The translations under genes and the position numbers were made by a program. A DNA stretch of 32,000 nucleotides from Microcystis aeruginosa NIES-2549 (lineage in GTDB: Bacteria; Cyanobacteriota; Cyanobacteriia; Cyanobacteriales; Microcystaceae). Below the pieces are notes generated by a model. That model was not told where the DNA came from, made no database searches, and saw only the letters and a list, made by a program, of their open reading frames with translations. Where the stretch lies: NCBI RefSeq assembly GCF_000981785.2, contig NZ_CP011304.1:4170001-4202000 (forward strand), written 5' to 3'. Position 1 is the stretch's first letter. The number at the start of each line of letters is the position of its first letter. Of the stretch, positions 1 through 9,000 are shown piece by piece.

Positions 1-190
1 CATCAACTCTCTCGTTTAGTTCGATGGGTTGATAGCTAACTTGTACCTTAATTTTCCCCGATCTAACCACTTGATTTGTGAGGGTTTGACTGGCATCAAA
101 ATCGAGTTTAGTCACGGCTAAACTCGCGGCTGCATTGCCCAAGAATTGAGATAATAAGCAGAAAATAAAGCAAGTTTTGCTAATATTCAT
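1..190 (-). CDS. 5' part of a CDS that runs off the left window edge; the N-terminus resembles a secretion signal
   Basis: ATG at 190-188 on the minus strand, open to position 1 (63 codons): MNISKTCFIFCLLSQFLGNAAASLAVTKLDFDAS... It has a hydrophobic core followed by small residues. No family recognised. Confidence 0.3.
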   Translation of the reverse strand, partial: MNISKTCFIFCLLSQFLGNAAASLAVTKLDFDASQTLTNQVVRSGKIKVQVSYQPIELNERVD

Positions 191-274
191 CGGCCGATTC
201 ACAGAGAGATTAATTTCAGTGTATCTTACTTATTCCTCCCGACAATCAGCCGTGAACTTTCCGAGAAAAACTAT

Positions 275-1639
275 CTATTCCAAGGTTTTAACGCTCAAAA
301 CTTGGGGGGGTGTGGCATCGGGGGGATAGAGAAAATCGAGATTAATGTCGCGTCTGGCTCCGGGGGGAAGTTCCACCTGTACTAAAGCTTCTCCCTGTTG
401 TCCTTCCCGTTGAACGAGATGGAAAAAACGTTCCTCGGTGCGTCCCAGGGCGTTACGATAGGTAACGCGCACGGCCCCCCGGAAAAATACCGGTCCCTGG
501 ACGGGTTCAACAAATAACAAGCGATCGAGATAATTTTCTTCTTTAATTGGGGTTTGAATACTCAAAGCCACCACCTGGGTTTTGCTAGTGTTGTTATATA
601 GAGGTAAAGTCAGATAGTAGTGAACACCGTAGTTACCGTGAGCTTTGAAAGCCGTATCGGGATAACGCACTAACATGGGGGCGCTTTGGATTTGTCTGGT
701 TCCGAAAGTAGCTGCCGTCACCGTACTTAAAGGATAGGCAAAAGCTTGACCGGGTTGAGGAATGGTGAGATTAATTCCCCCTTTAGGATCGACAATGCGG
801 GTTGCCCATTCCGAACCGACAGAAATTCCGGCGACGCGACCATAAAAATTTCTTCTTCCGGGGGACCATTGATCGGGGGGAGTGGGGGGAAAATCGCGAG
901 GGGCGGCTAAATCACCTTTAACTAATAGGGTACGCCATTCTTCTAGGGTAGGGGGACGAAAGGTTTCTATTTCCCGATCTTCGATTTTGACTTTTTGGGG
1001 AACTTCGTAGAGGGCTAAATTGGCCATATAGACCGGTCCATCGCTGTAGAGACGTAGGAGGGTCGAGCGGGCGCTACTTCTGGGGATAACCAGATCGAAG
1101 AGCATCCGACTTTGGCCGGGGGGAATGACGATCTGGGTGGGAAATTGGGTATCATGGCGACGACGCATGATATCGCTGGCTAAACGGGAACCGGGACCAG
1201 AAAAAACCCGGCCGTTGGGATCTTCCACCAGAGAGGGTAAATCGACAAAAGGGGCATCAGCGGAGGTGACGTAACTGACTCCTTGCAGGATGCGGATAAC
1301 GAGGTTTCTGGAGGTGGGATTAGTAACGATCAGGCCCTGGTGTAAGTCGCGATCGGGATCGGTTTGACGGGCGATGTGGTGGGTGAAAACGTCAAAACGT
1401 CCTTGTAGGGGATGATTGAGATGGGCTACGGGATAACGTTTTCCTTTGCCGGGGAAAGTGGAGAGGAGAATTCCCTCTTTTTCTACGACTTCGGGACTAT
1501 TGCTATTAAAAACCAGCACATCATTCAGTTGACCGGGCAACTGACGCACTTCTTGATATTGGGTGACTAATTTCCTCTCTATCTGGGGCAAGACCGAGGC
1601 GGACTGAGCTAAAAGAATAGTGGGTAAGAAAGAAAGCAT
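275..1639 (-). CDS. Conserved cyanobacterial hypothetical protein, probably exported (possibly DUF3370-type; unverified)
   Basis: 454-codon ORF with a short hydrophobic N-terminus (MLSFLPTILLAQSASV). The composition is beta-rich and Pro/Gly-rich with no enzyme motifs. The family name is from memory only. Confidence 0.6.
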   Translation of the reverse strand: MLSFLPTILLAQSASVLPQIERKLVTQYQEVRQLPGQLNDVLVFNSNSPEVVEKEGILLSTFPGKGKRYPVAHLNHPLQGRFDVFTHHIARQTDPDRDLHQGLIVTNPTSRNLVIRILQGVSYVTSADAPFVDLPSLVEDPNGRVFSGPGSRLASDIMRRRHDTQFPTQIVIPPGQSRMLFDLVIPRSSARSTLLRLYSDGPVYMANLALYEVPQKVKIEDREIETFRPPTLEEWRTLLVKGDLAAPRDFPPTPPDQWSPGRRNFYGRVAGISVGSEWATRIVDPKGGINLTIPQPGQAFAYPLSTVTAATFGTRQIQSAPMLVRYPDTAFKAHGNYGVHYYLTLPLYNNTSKTQVVALSIQTPIKEENYLDRLLFVEPVQGPVFFRGAVRVTYRNALGRTEERFFHLVQREGQQGEALVQVELPPGARRDINLDFLYPPDATPPQVLSVKTLE

Positions 1640-1886
1640 AGAGATTCTATATTTATAGGATCTAATTAAGGGTGAGTCGATGGAGAGATGAAGTTATACA
1701 ACAATATAAGCGAGTGTGTCCGTGCGATCGATAAAGAATCTTAATATATTTTTCAGGTTTGAGCAAGCCATGTCAGGGGTGATGTGAGCTAGGGGCGGTT
1801 TTCTGGGTGAGCAAGGGAGAATACCCCTTGCTATTGCCGATGTTAACGGTTAAGTTGAGAATGACCCATAACTGCTCACCCTAGCT

Positions 1887-2336
1887 TTAAATTTCGCCGC
1901 GAATTTCTTCGACTATGCCATCTCTAAGGACGAGTTCTACATTCATTTTTGCTACTAAGTTATCGCCTTTTTCGACGCGGAAAAAGCTTTCTAATTGTGC
2001 TTGGGCGACTTCTTGATTGAGTTCCAAGAGTTGTACCTGTTGCAGTTGTTGCAGATACTGGTTTTTTTGTTCGAGAAACTCACTTTTCTGTTGATTGACT
2101 TGAATTTGAATATTGTCAATCTGTTGGGCAGCCGCGGGGGGTAAGGGGATCAGACTCTGACGCTGAATTTCGGCGATCGCTCTTTGTCCTTGGCTTTCTA
2201 ATTGTTGAATTTGTGCGTCAATTTGAGCCATTTGTGCTTGTAATTGCTGTTGTGCTTCTTCTTTCCAGCGCGGAGTCACGATGACTTTAATTGTCACTGG
2301 GCGCTTAAGTAATAAACTGGTTTGTGCGTCATCCAT
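1887..2336 (-). CDS. Small Gln-rich coiled-coil protein, YlqD-family-like
   Basis: 149-aa ORF. TIKVIVTPRWKEEAQQQLQAQMAQIDAQIQQLESQGQ is followed by a second Q-rich heptad stretch. This matches my recollection of cyanobacterial YlqD-family proteins. Confidence 0.5.
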   Translation of the reverse strand: MDDAQTSLLLKRPVTIKVIVTPRWKEEAQQQLQAQMAQIDAQIQQLESQGQRAIAEIQRQSLIPLPPAAAQQIDNIQIQVNQQKSEFLEQKNQYLQQLQQVQLLELNQEVAQAQLESFFRVEKGDNLVAKMNVELVLRDGIVEEIRGEI

Positions 2337-2397
2337 GATTTGCTTATCCTAAAAAGGTTTTTTTGTCAAGGGGTTAGGGAATATTTGCCGGAAATAT

Positions 2398-4317
2398 TTA
2401 CTTGGCAAACATCTCGTTAATCATATCGCGATAGCGTTGCGTTACTACCGGTCGTTTAATCTTTAAAGTTTGGGTCATCATGCCGTTTTCTAGGGAAAAA
2501 GGCTCTAAAATTAACTCAAAGGTTTTAATCTGGTCATCGGCACGATAACCGGGCCGATTTCTTACCTCGCGCTTTAATTCTTGTTGGTAGAGATCTAAGA
2601 CTTTTTTGCTGTAGAGATCGCTAGAAAGAATCCTGGAGCGATCACTGTGAAGATCGGGTAAATTTAAGGATATTTTCTCTTCTTGGGCCCAATTGGCCAG
2701 TATATCAAGATTAGGCACGATCAAAGCCCCCAAAGCTTTTTGATCCTGTCCCACTAGCATGATTTGGGAGATAAAGGGACTGCGTAAACAAGCATCTTCA
2801 ATCGGTTGCGGTTCGATATTTTCACCATTGCTCAAAACAATTGTATCTTTAGCCCGTCCGGTTAAGACTAAATCGCCGGCAGCAGTTAACCAACCAATAT
2901 CACCGCTATCAAACCAACCATCGGGAGAAATCGCTTTTTCGGTTGCTTCGGGTTTTTTATAGTATCCCTGCATCACCTGCGGACCACGAATCAAAACTAA
3001 ACCGTGTTTTTCCGTCGGTAAGACTTCTTTGCTGTGTAAATCGACAATACAGATTTCTGTCTGAAAGACGGGACGACCGGCAGACCCGCGCAGGTTATGA
3101 TCGATACGACGGACGGTAGCCACAGGAGAAGTTTCTGTTAGTCCATAACCAACTAAAATCGGGATTCCCGCAATCTCATAGAAAGTATCTAGATGTCTGG
3201 CTAAGGAACCACCGCCACTAACGAAGATTTTAACTTTATTTCCCACTGCTTGGCGAATTTTGCCATAAACTAGCTTATCACCGATGGCATGGAGGGGATA
3301 GAGTAAGAGGGATTGAATTCTTGCTTTTAGTCTTTCTCCGGGGGAAGCGTGAAGATGATCTAGACTGAGATTATCAGCGATACGTTTAGCAATAACGTAA
3401 TTTTCCGACTTTTCTAGCAAAAATTGCACTAATTTCTGTTTTGTGGCCGATTGTTCGCTAAATTGTTTTTGGATACCCTCGTAAAGAGATTCCCAAAGAC
3501 GGGGAACTCCCACCATTAATTGCGGACTAAATTGCTTTAAATCCTGCTTAAAAGTGCGAATACTGGTGTAAATCTGGGTGCAACCTTGAGCTAGACTGAA
3601 ATACTCACAACTGCGCTCGTAGGAATGCCATGAAGGTAGTATACTTAAAACTCGATCGCCTGGATCCGGTTGAAAGATAGCGTTTAAGTTGCGTACCTGA
3701 TGCAGGAGATTACCATGACTTAACATCACCCCTTTGGGTTGTCCCGTCGTTCCCGATGTGTAGATGAGGGTAGCCAGATCATTTTCGCTCTTGGTGATGG
3801 GTTTAAGGGTGTTCTCAGCCCCGATCGCCATTAGTTGCTTGAAATTTAAGGTCTGCACGGAAATCGCTCCAGTAGCCGGTTCTTCGTCGGTGAGCAGCAC
3901 GATTAATTTTAGGGGCAATTCAGGGATTTTCGCCAGCAATTTCCCTAAAGTTTTGTTATTTTCGACAATCAGCGTCTGACTGTCACTATCGGCCAGAATA
4001 TAGGCTAATTCCTCTGCATCTGCTTGAGCAGATCGTACCGCATTGGCGGCCCCGGCTGCCATGGAACCTTGGTCGGCAATAAACCACCGGGGACTATTAT
4101 CGGCAAATAAAGCGACATTTTCGGTTTCTGTGACTCCTAATGCTTGCAAAGCGGCGGCAAATTGCTGAATTTGTTGATAAAGTTCCCGATAGGTGAGAAT
4201 TACTTCCGGTTTACCGTGGGGATCGTGCAGGGCGATAATATTAGGGAAACGCTGGGCCACTATTGACCAAACTTCGGGTAAAGATTGAATATTTGAATAG
4301 TCAATTAGGGTTGTCAT
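2398..4317 (-). CDS. AMP-dependent acyl-activating enzyme: long-chain fatty acyl-ACP/CoA synthetase (cyanobacterial Aas/FadD type)
   Basis: 639 aa. Adenylate-forming motifs are present: YTSGTTGQPKGV, GYGLTETSP, FDSGDIGW and a C-terminal LKIKR. Confidence 0.85.
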   Translation of the reverse strand: MTTLIDYSNIQSLPEVWSIVAQRFPNIIALHDPHGKPEVILTYRELYQQIQQFAAALQALGVTETENVALFADNSPRWFIADQGSMAAGAANAVRSAQADAEELAYILADSDSQTLIVENNKTLGKLLAKIPELPLKLIVLLTDEEPATGAISVQTLNFKQLMAIGAENTLKPITKSENDLATLIYTSGTTGQPKGVMLSHGNLLHQVRNLNAIFQPDPGDRVLSILPSWHSYERSCEYFSLAQGCTQIYTSIRTFKQDLKQFSPQLMVGVPRLWESLYEGIQKQFSEQSATKQKLVQFLLEKSENYVIAKRIADNLSLDHLHASPGERLKARIQSLLLYPLHAIGDKLVYGKIRQAVGNKVKIFVSGGGSLARHLDTFYEIAGIPILVGYGLTETSPVATVRRIDHNLRGSAGRPVFQTEICIVDLHSKEVLPTEKHGLVLIRGPQVMQGYYKKPEATEKAISPDGWFDSGDIGWLTAAGDLVLTGRAKDTIVLSNGENIEPQPIEDACLRSPFISQIMLVGQDQKALGALIVPNLDILANWAQEEKISLNLPDLHSDRSRILSSDLYSKKVLDLYQQELKREVRNRPGYRADDQIKTFELILEPFSLENGMMTQTLKIKRPVVTQRYRDMINEMFAK

Positions 4318-4465
4318 AGCAGTAGTTATAGAGAGTTACAAGGGTAATAGCATATAGATTAACCATTCTAGGCTCTTTTTGCTGGTTCTCCTAGACAGTA
4401 TTTCAACAGGTATCTAGTCCTGCAAAGTTAATTTCCTAGTCGAGACTGGGAGAGTGGAGACTTTT

Positions 4466-4536
4466 CGGTTATCGGTGAACAGTGAACAGTAATCAGGGAA
4501 TGTTACTGTTACTTAATACTGCTTACTGATTACGGA
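4466..4536. repeat. STRR-like heptamer tract arranged as an imperfect inverted array
   Basis: The left arm is cggttat cggtgaa cagtgaa cagtaat cagggaa. It is followed by complementary-type heptamers (tgttact ... gcttact gattacg). Period 7, and it could fold as a hairpin. Confidence 0.55.
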
Positions 4537-4632
4537 AAAGACTAACGGCTTAGATGTATAATTAATTTTGCCTAGGTAAGTGGTTCTAATTAAGTAGAAG
4601 ATAGATTTTGCCTCTGATCCCCCCCACCCCTA

Positions 4633-4660
4633 GTAGGGTTGATTCATGAATCAACCCTAC
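4633..4660. repeat. Perfect 28-nt palindrome (REP/MITE-like) nested between C-rich and G-rich arms
   Basis: GTAGGGTTGATTCA|TGAATCAACCCTAC is exactly self-complementary. The outer cacccc (4625-4630) pairs with ggggtg (4673-4678). Confidence 0.7.
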
Positions 4661-4741
4661 CCCTTAATAAGGGGGGTGCCGACAATTTTTAACACCTACC
4701 TGCTTAGGTACTTAATAAAGTTGTGATTAGGAGAAAAAACG

Positions 4742-5335
4742 ATGATTGCTTTATCTAACTATAATAATCTCACTCCAGAAGAATATCTTCAGTTTGAAGA
4801 AACCAGTCTCATTAAACATGAATATATCGATGGACAAGTTTACGCCATGGCAGGGACGACGGATACTCATAATATTATCGGACTCAATTTCACTTTTATT
4901 ATTCGTAATCATTTGCGGGGTTCTGGTTGTCGAGTTTATTTTGCCGATGTGAAAGTCAGATTAGAGAAACGTAATCACTTTTATTATCCTGATATTATTG
5001 TCACCTGCGATAACAGAGATAGAGAAACCGCTACCTACAAAAGTTTTCCTAAATTGATTGTTGAAGTTCTCTCCGATTCTACAGAAGCTTTTGACAGGGG
5101 GGATAAATTTAATGATTATCAAACTCTAGAAAGTTTAGAGGAATATGTCTTAGTGAATAGTAAACACCAACGAGTGGAAACTTTTCGACGGGGTGAACAG
5201 GGTTTATGGATTCTGCAAACCTATCAGCAAGAAAGTTTTAGTTTACAGAGTATTAATCTGACGGCATCTTTTCGGGATTTATACGGGGATGTCACCCTAG
5301 AAACGGTTAATTATTCCGTGGAAGAAATAGAATAA
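4742..5335 (+). CDS. Uma2-family (DUF820) putative PD-(D/E)xK endonuclease, intact copy
   Basis: 197 aa. Typical Uma2 pattern: EEYLQFEETSLIKHEYIDGQVYAMAGTTDTHN ... YYPDIIVTC ... PKLIVEVLSDSTEAFDRGDKF..Y..L.SLEEYVLV. Its stop is 1 nt from the stop of the convergent MotB-like gene. Confidence 0.8.
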   Translation: MIALSNYNNLTPEEYLQFEETSLIKHEYIDGQVYAMAGTTDTHNIIGLNFTFIIRNHLRGSGCRVYFADVKVRLEKRNHFYYPDIIVTCDNRDRETATYKSFPKLIVEVLSDSTEAFDRGDKFNDYQTLESLEEYVLVNSKHQRVETFRRGEQGLWILQTYQQESFSLQSINLTASFRDLYGDVTLETVNYSVEEIE

Positions 5336-5336
5336 A

Positions 5337-5978
5337 TCATTGTTTTTTACCGGGGGGAATAAAACGGATTTCAATTCTGCGTCTGCTTGCATCTGCGTCA
5401 CGATTAACCGCAGCTAAGTTACCCGATGGTAGGTATAACTGTCCTGCGGAAAAAGCTCGAAATTTGACGTTTTTGAGTTTACCTGTGTTTTCGATTTCTT
5501 GGACTACTGCTAAAGCTCGCATTAATCCTAAATCAGTGTTAGAACCGGGTACTAGCATTTTAACAGATTGTTTTCTGCTGGCAACCGATTCGATATTTTT
5601 ATCGAGATTACTTGTCTTCTGTATTCCTTGTCCGTCGGTGTGTCCAATTACTTGAATAAAGTCGATTTCTCTGTCTTTGGTAATGGTTTCGATAGCGGGA
5701 ATAATGCGCTGACGAATATGGGTTTTTAAAGCAGGGTTTAATTCAGCACTTCCCGACTGAAATTTAAATTTTCCTGATTTTTCATCGATAACTATGGGGG
5801 TTGCTGTTTGCAGTTTTCGGTTAGCTTCCTCCAGTTTGCTGATGAGATTATAGGACTGAAAAAGTGCCAAGAGGAGAAATAAACTCAGAATCATGAAAGC
5901 ATTGGACATTAAATCGGTAAATGCGGGATAAACATCCACCGATTTATCTTCATCTCGGTAGTAGGTACGTCTAGACAT
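5337..5978 (-). CDS. MotB/OmpA-like (ZorB/ExbD-position) stator subunit: N-terminal TM with a conserved Asp plus an OmpA-type peptidoglycan-binding domain
   Basis: 213 aa. YPAFTDLMSNAFMILSLFLLLAL is a MotB-type plug/TM segment with Asp. The C-terminal half carries OmpA_C-like motifs: FQSGSAEL, VIGHTDGQG, NTDLGLMRALAV, RRRIEIRF. Confidence 0.75.
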   Translation of the reverse strand: MSRRTYYRDEDKSVDVYPAFTDLMSNAFMILSLFLLLALFQSYNLISKLEEANRKLQTATPIVIDEKSGKFKFQSGSAELNPALKTHIRQRIIPAIETITKDREIDFIQVIGHTDGQGIQKTSNLDKNIESVASRKQSVKMLVPGSNTDLGLMRALAVVQEIENTGKLKNVKFRAFSAGQLYLPSGNLAAVNRDADASRRRIEIRFIPPGKKQ

Positions 5979-6000
5979 AGTTACTTATATGTTGGTGAAG

Positions 6001-9000
6001 TTATTCAAATAGGGTGTTAATGTCATCCAGAACATCTTTTTGAGGAGGATTAGGGATTGTCTCACAAAGTTTTTCTATCTTATCCTTTAAGTTAGAAAAT
6101 TCAGACTGAACATCTTTTTGAGTAGGATTAGGGATTGTCTCAAAAAGGTTTTTAAGTTCTTCCAACTTCTTATTTAACTTATAAATGTCATCCTGAACAT
6201 CTTTTTGAGGAGGATTAGGGATTGTCTCAAAAAGTTCTTTAAGTTCTTCCATCTTATTATTTAAGTTAGAAAAGTCAGAACGCATATCGTTAATTTTCTC
6301 CAGTTCTGCTAAACATTTTTGAATTTCTCCATAAATATGTTCAATCATTTTCTGATTCGATTTATTTTCCTTAGCGATAACTTTCTCTAACTTATCTCGC
6401 AAAGATTCTAAGTTAGCAGTTAATTGACTGGTGTTGGTGTTCACCGCATCAATTACTTGAGAAAAATCTGATTTAAGGCTGCCAAATTGATTGGCTGTTT
6501 TCTCAATAGATTGGGAAACTGCTTTTAATTGTTCTGAGTTCTTAGTTAATTTATCATCAACTACCATCCCTAAGTTATTGCTTAAAAGGTTTAACTCAGA
6601 CTGTAAGCTTTCCTTGACTTGAGTAAGTTGCTCTGTCACTGTATCAATTAACTGAGACAAGTTAGCATTAGTCACATCGAGATTATTACTAGAGCGCTCA
6701 ATCCCATGGGAAGCTGTGAGGATTTTATCGGAGGTTTGGGAGAGTCTTTCATCGAGACTATTGATAAGTTGGTTTCCTAATTGTTTCGACTCGGAGTTAA
6801 AACTGTCTTGATAGGTTTTCACAGTTTCGATTAATTTTACTAATTCTCCCTGAATGTTAGATAACTTTTCTTGTTCGGTGACTGAGCGTTGCTGATTTTG
6901 TTCTAGGATTTTCTCAGAGACTTGAGTAAGTTGCTCTGTCACTGTATCAATTAACTGAGACAAGTTAGCATTAGTCACATCGAGATTATTACTAGAGCGC
7001 TCAATCCCATGGGAAGCTGTGAGGATTTTATCGGAGGTTTGGGAGAGTCTTTCATCGAGACTATTGATAAGTTGGTTTCCTAATTGTTTCGACTCGGAGT
7101 TAAAACTGTCTTGATAGGTTTTCACAGTTTCGATTAATTTTACTAATTCTCCCTGAATGTTAGATAACTTTTCTTGTTCGGTGACTGAGCGTTGCTGATT
7201 TTGTTCTAGGATTTTCTCAGAGACTTGAGTAAGTTGCTCTGTCACTGTATCAATTAACTGAGACAAGTTAGCATTAGTCACATCGAGATTATTACTAGAG
7301 CGCTCAATCCCATGGGAAGCTGTGAGGATTTTATCGGAGGTTTGGGAGAGTCTTTCATCGAGACTATTGATAAGTTGGTTTCCTAATTGTTTCGACTCGG
7401 AGTTAAAACTGTCTTGATAGGTTTTCACGGTTTCGATTAATTTTACTAATTCTCCCTGAATGTTGGATAACTTTTCTTGTTCGGTGACTGAGCGTTGCTG
7501 ATTTTGTTCTAGGATTTTCTCAGAGACTTGAGTAAGTTGCTCTGTCACTGTATCAATTAACTGAGACAAGTTAGCATTAGTCACATCGAGGTTATTACTA
7601 GAGCGCTCAATCCCGTGGGAAGCAGTGAGAATTTTATCGGAGGTTTGGGAGAGTCTTTGCTCAAGACGATTGATAAGTTGGTTTCCTAATTGTTTCGACT
7701 CGGAGTTAAAACTGTCTTGATAGGTTTTCACAGTTTCGATTAATTTTACTAATTCTCCCTGAATGTTAGATAACTTTTCTTGTTCGGTGACTAAGCGTTG
7801 CTGATTTTGTTCTAGGATTGTCTCAGATTTTTGATTCAAGTCAGTAATTTTTATTCCTAACTCAACCATAGTTGTCATGGAACGCTGGAAGTCTTGAGTT
7901 AAAGAAGCTAGAGATTGAGTTGATTGGTTTAACTCAGACTGTAAGCTTTCCTTGACTTGAGTAACTTGCTCTGTCACTGTATCAATTAACTGAGACAGGT
8001 TAGCATTAGTCACATCTGGATTATTACTAGAGCGCTCAATCCCATGGGAAGCTGTGAGAATTTTATCGGAGGTTTGGGAGAGTCTTTCATCGAGACTATT
8101 GATAAGTTGATTGCCTAATTGTTTCGACTCGGAGTTAAAACTGTCTTGATAGGTTTTCACAGTTTCGATTAATTTTACTAATTCTCCCTGAATGTTAGAT
8201 AACTTTTCTTGTTCGGTGACTGAGCGTTGCTGATTCTGTTCTAGGATTTTCTCAGAGACTTGAGTAAGTTGCTCTGTCACTGTATCAATTAACTGAGACA
8301 AGTTAGCATTAGTCACATCGAGGTTATTACTAGAGCGCTCAATCCCATGGGAAGCTGTGAGGATTTTATCGGAGGTTTGGGAGAGTCTTTCATCGAGACT
8401 ATTGATAAGTTGGTTTCCTAATTGTTTCGACTCGGAGTTAAAACTGTCTTGATAGGTTTTCACAGTTTCGATTAATTTTACTAATTCTCCCTGAATGTTA
8501 GATAACTTTTCTTGTTCGGTGACTGAGCGTTGCTGATTTTGTTCTAGGATTTTCTCAGATTTTTGATTCAAGTCAGTAATTTTTATTCCTAACTCAACCA
8601 TAGTTGTCATTGAACGCTGGAAGTCTTGAGTTAAAGAAGCTAGAGATTGAGTTGATTGGTTTAACTCAGACTGTAAGCTTTCCTTGACTTGAGTAACTTG
8701 CTCTGTCACTGTATCAATTAACTGAGACAGGTTAGCATTAGTCACATCGAGATTATTGCTAGAGCGCTCAATCCCATGGGAAGCTGTGAGGATTTTATCG
8801 GAGGTTTGGGAGAGTCTTTCATCGAGACTATTGATAAGTTGGTTTCCTAATTGTTTCGACTCGGAGTTAAAACTGTCTTGATAGGTTTTCACAGTTTCGA
8901 TTAATTTTACTAATTCTCCCTGAATGTTAGATAACTTTTCTTGTTCGGTGACTGAGCGTTGCTGATTTTGTTCTAGGATTTTCTCAGATTTTTGATTCAA

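Noticed and set aside
1811-1831. The hairpin gcaaggg-N7-cccttgc, and a similar gcaagggtt-tc-aacccttgc at 31791-31810, as rho-independent terminators
   Set aside because: Neither is followed by a T-run on the strand where a gene ends, so the terminator call is unsupported. They may be copies of a small palindromic repeat.
2759-3979. Plus-strand ORFs 2759-2962 and 3764-3979 inside the acyl-synthetase gene
   Set aside because: These are antisense shadow ORFs wholly contained in a strongly supported 639-aa gene. They have low-complexity products and no motifs.
4746-4952. A 68-aa ORF, and its twin at 9914-10120, overlapping the Uma2 genes out of frame
   Set aside because: It is conserved between the copies only because the underlying Uma2 sequence is duplicated. 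The product is a hydrophobic, low-complexity frame artefact.
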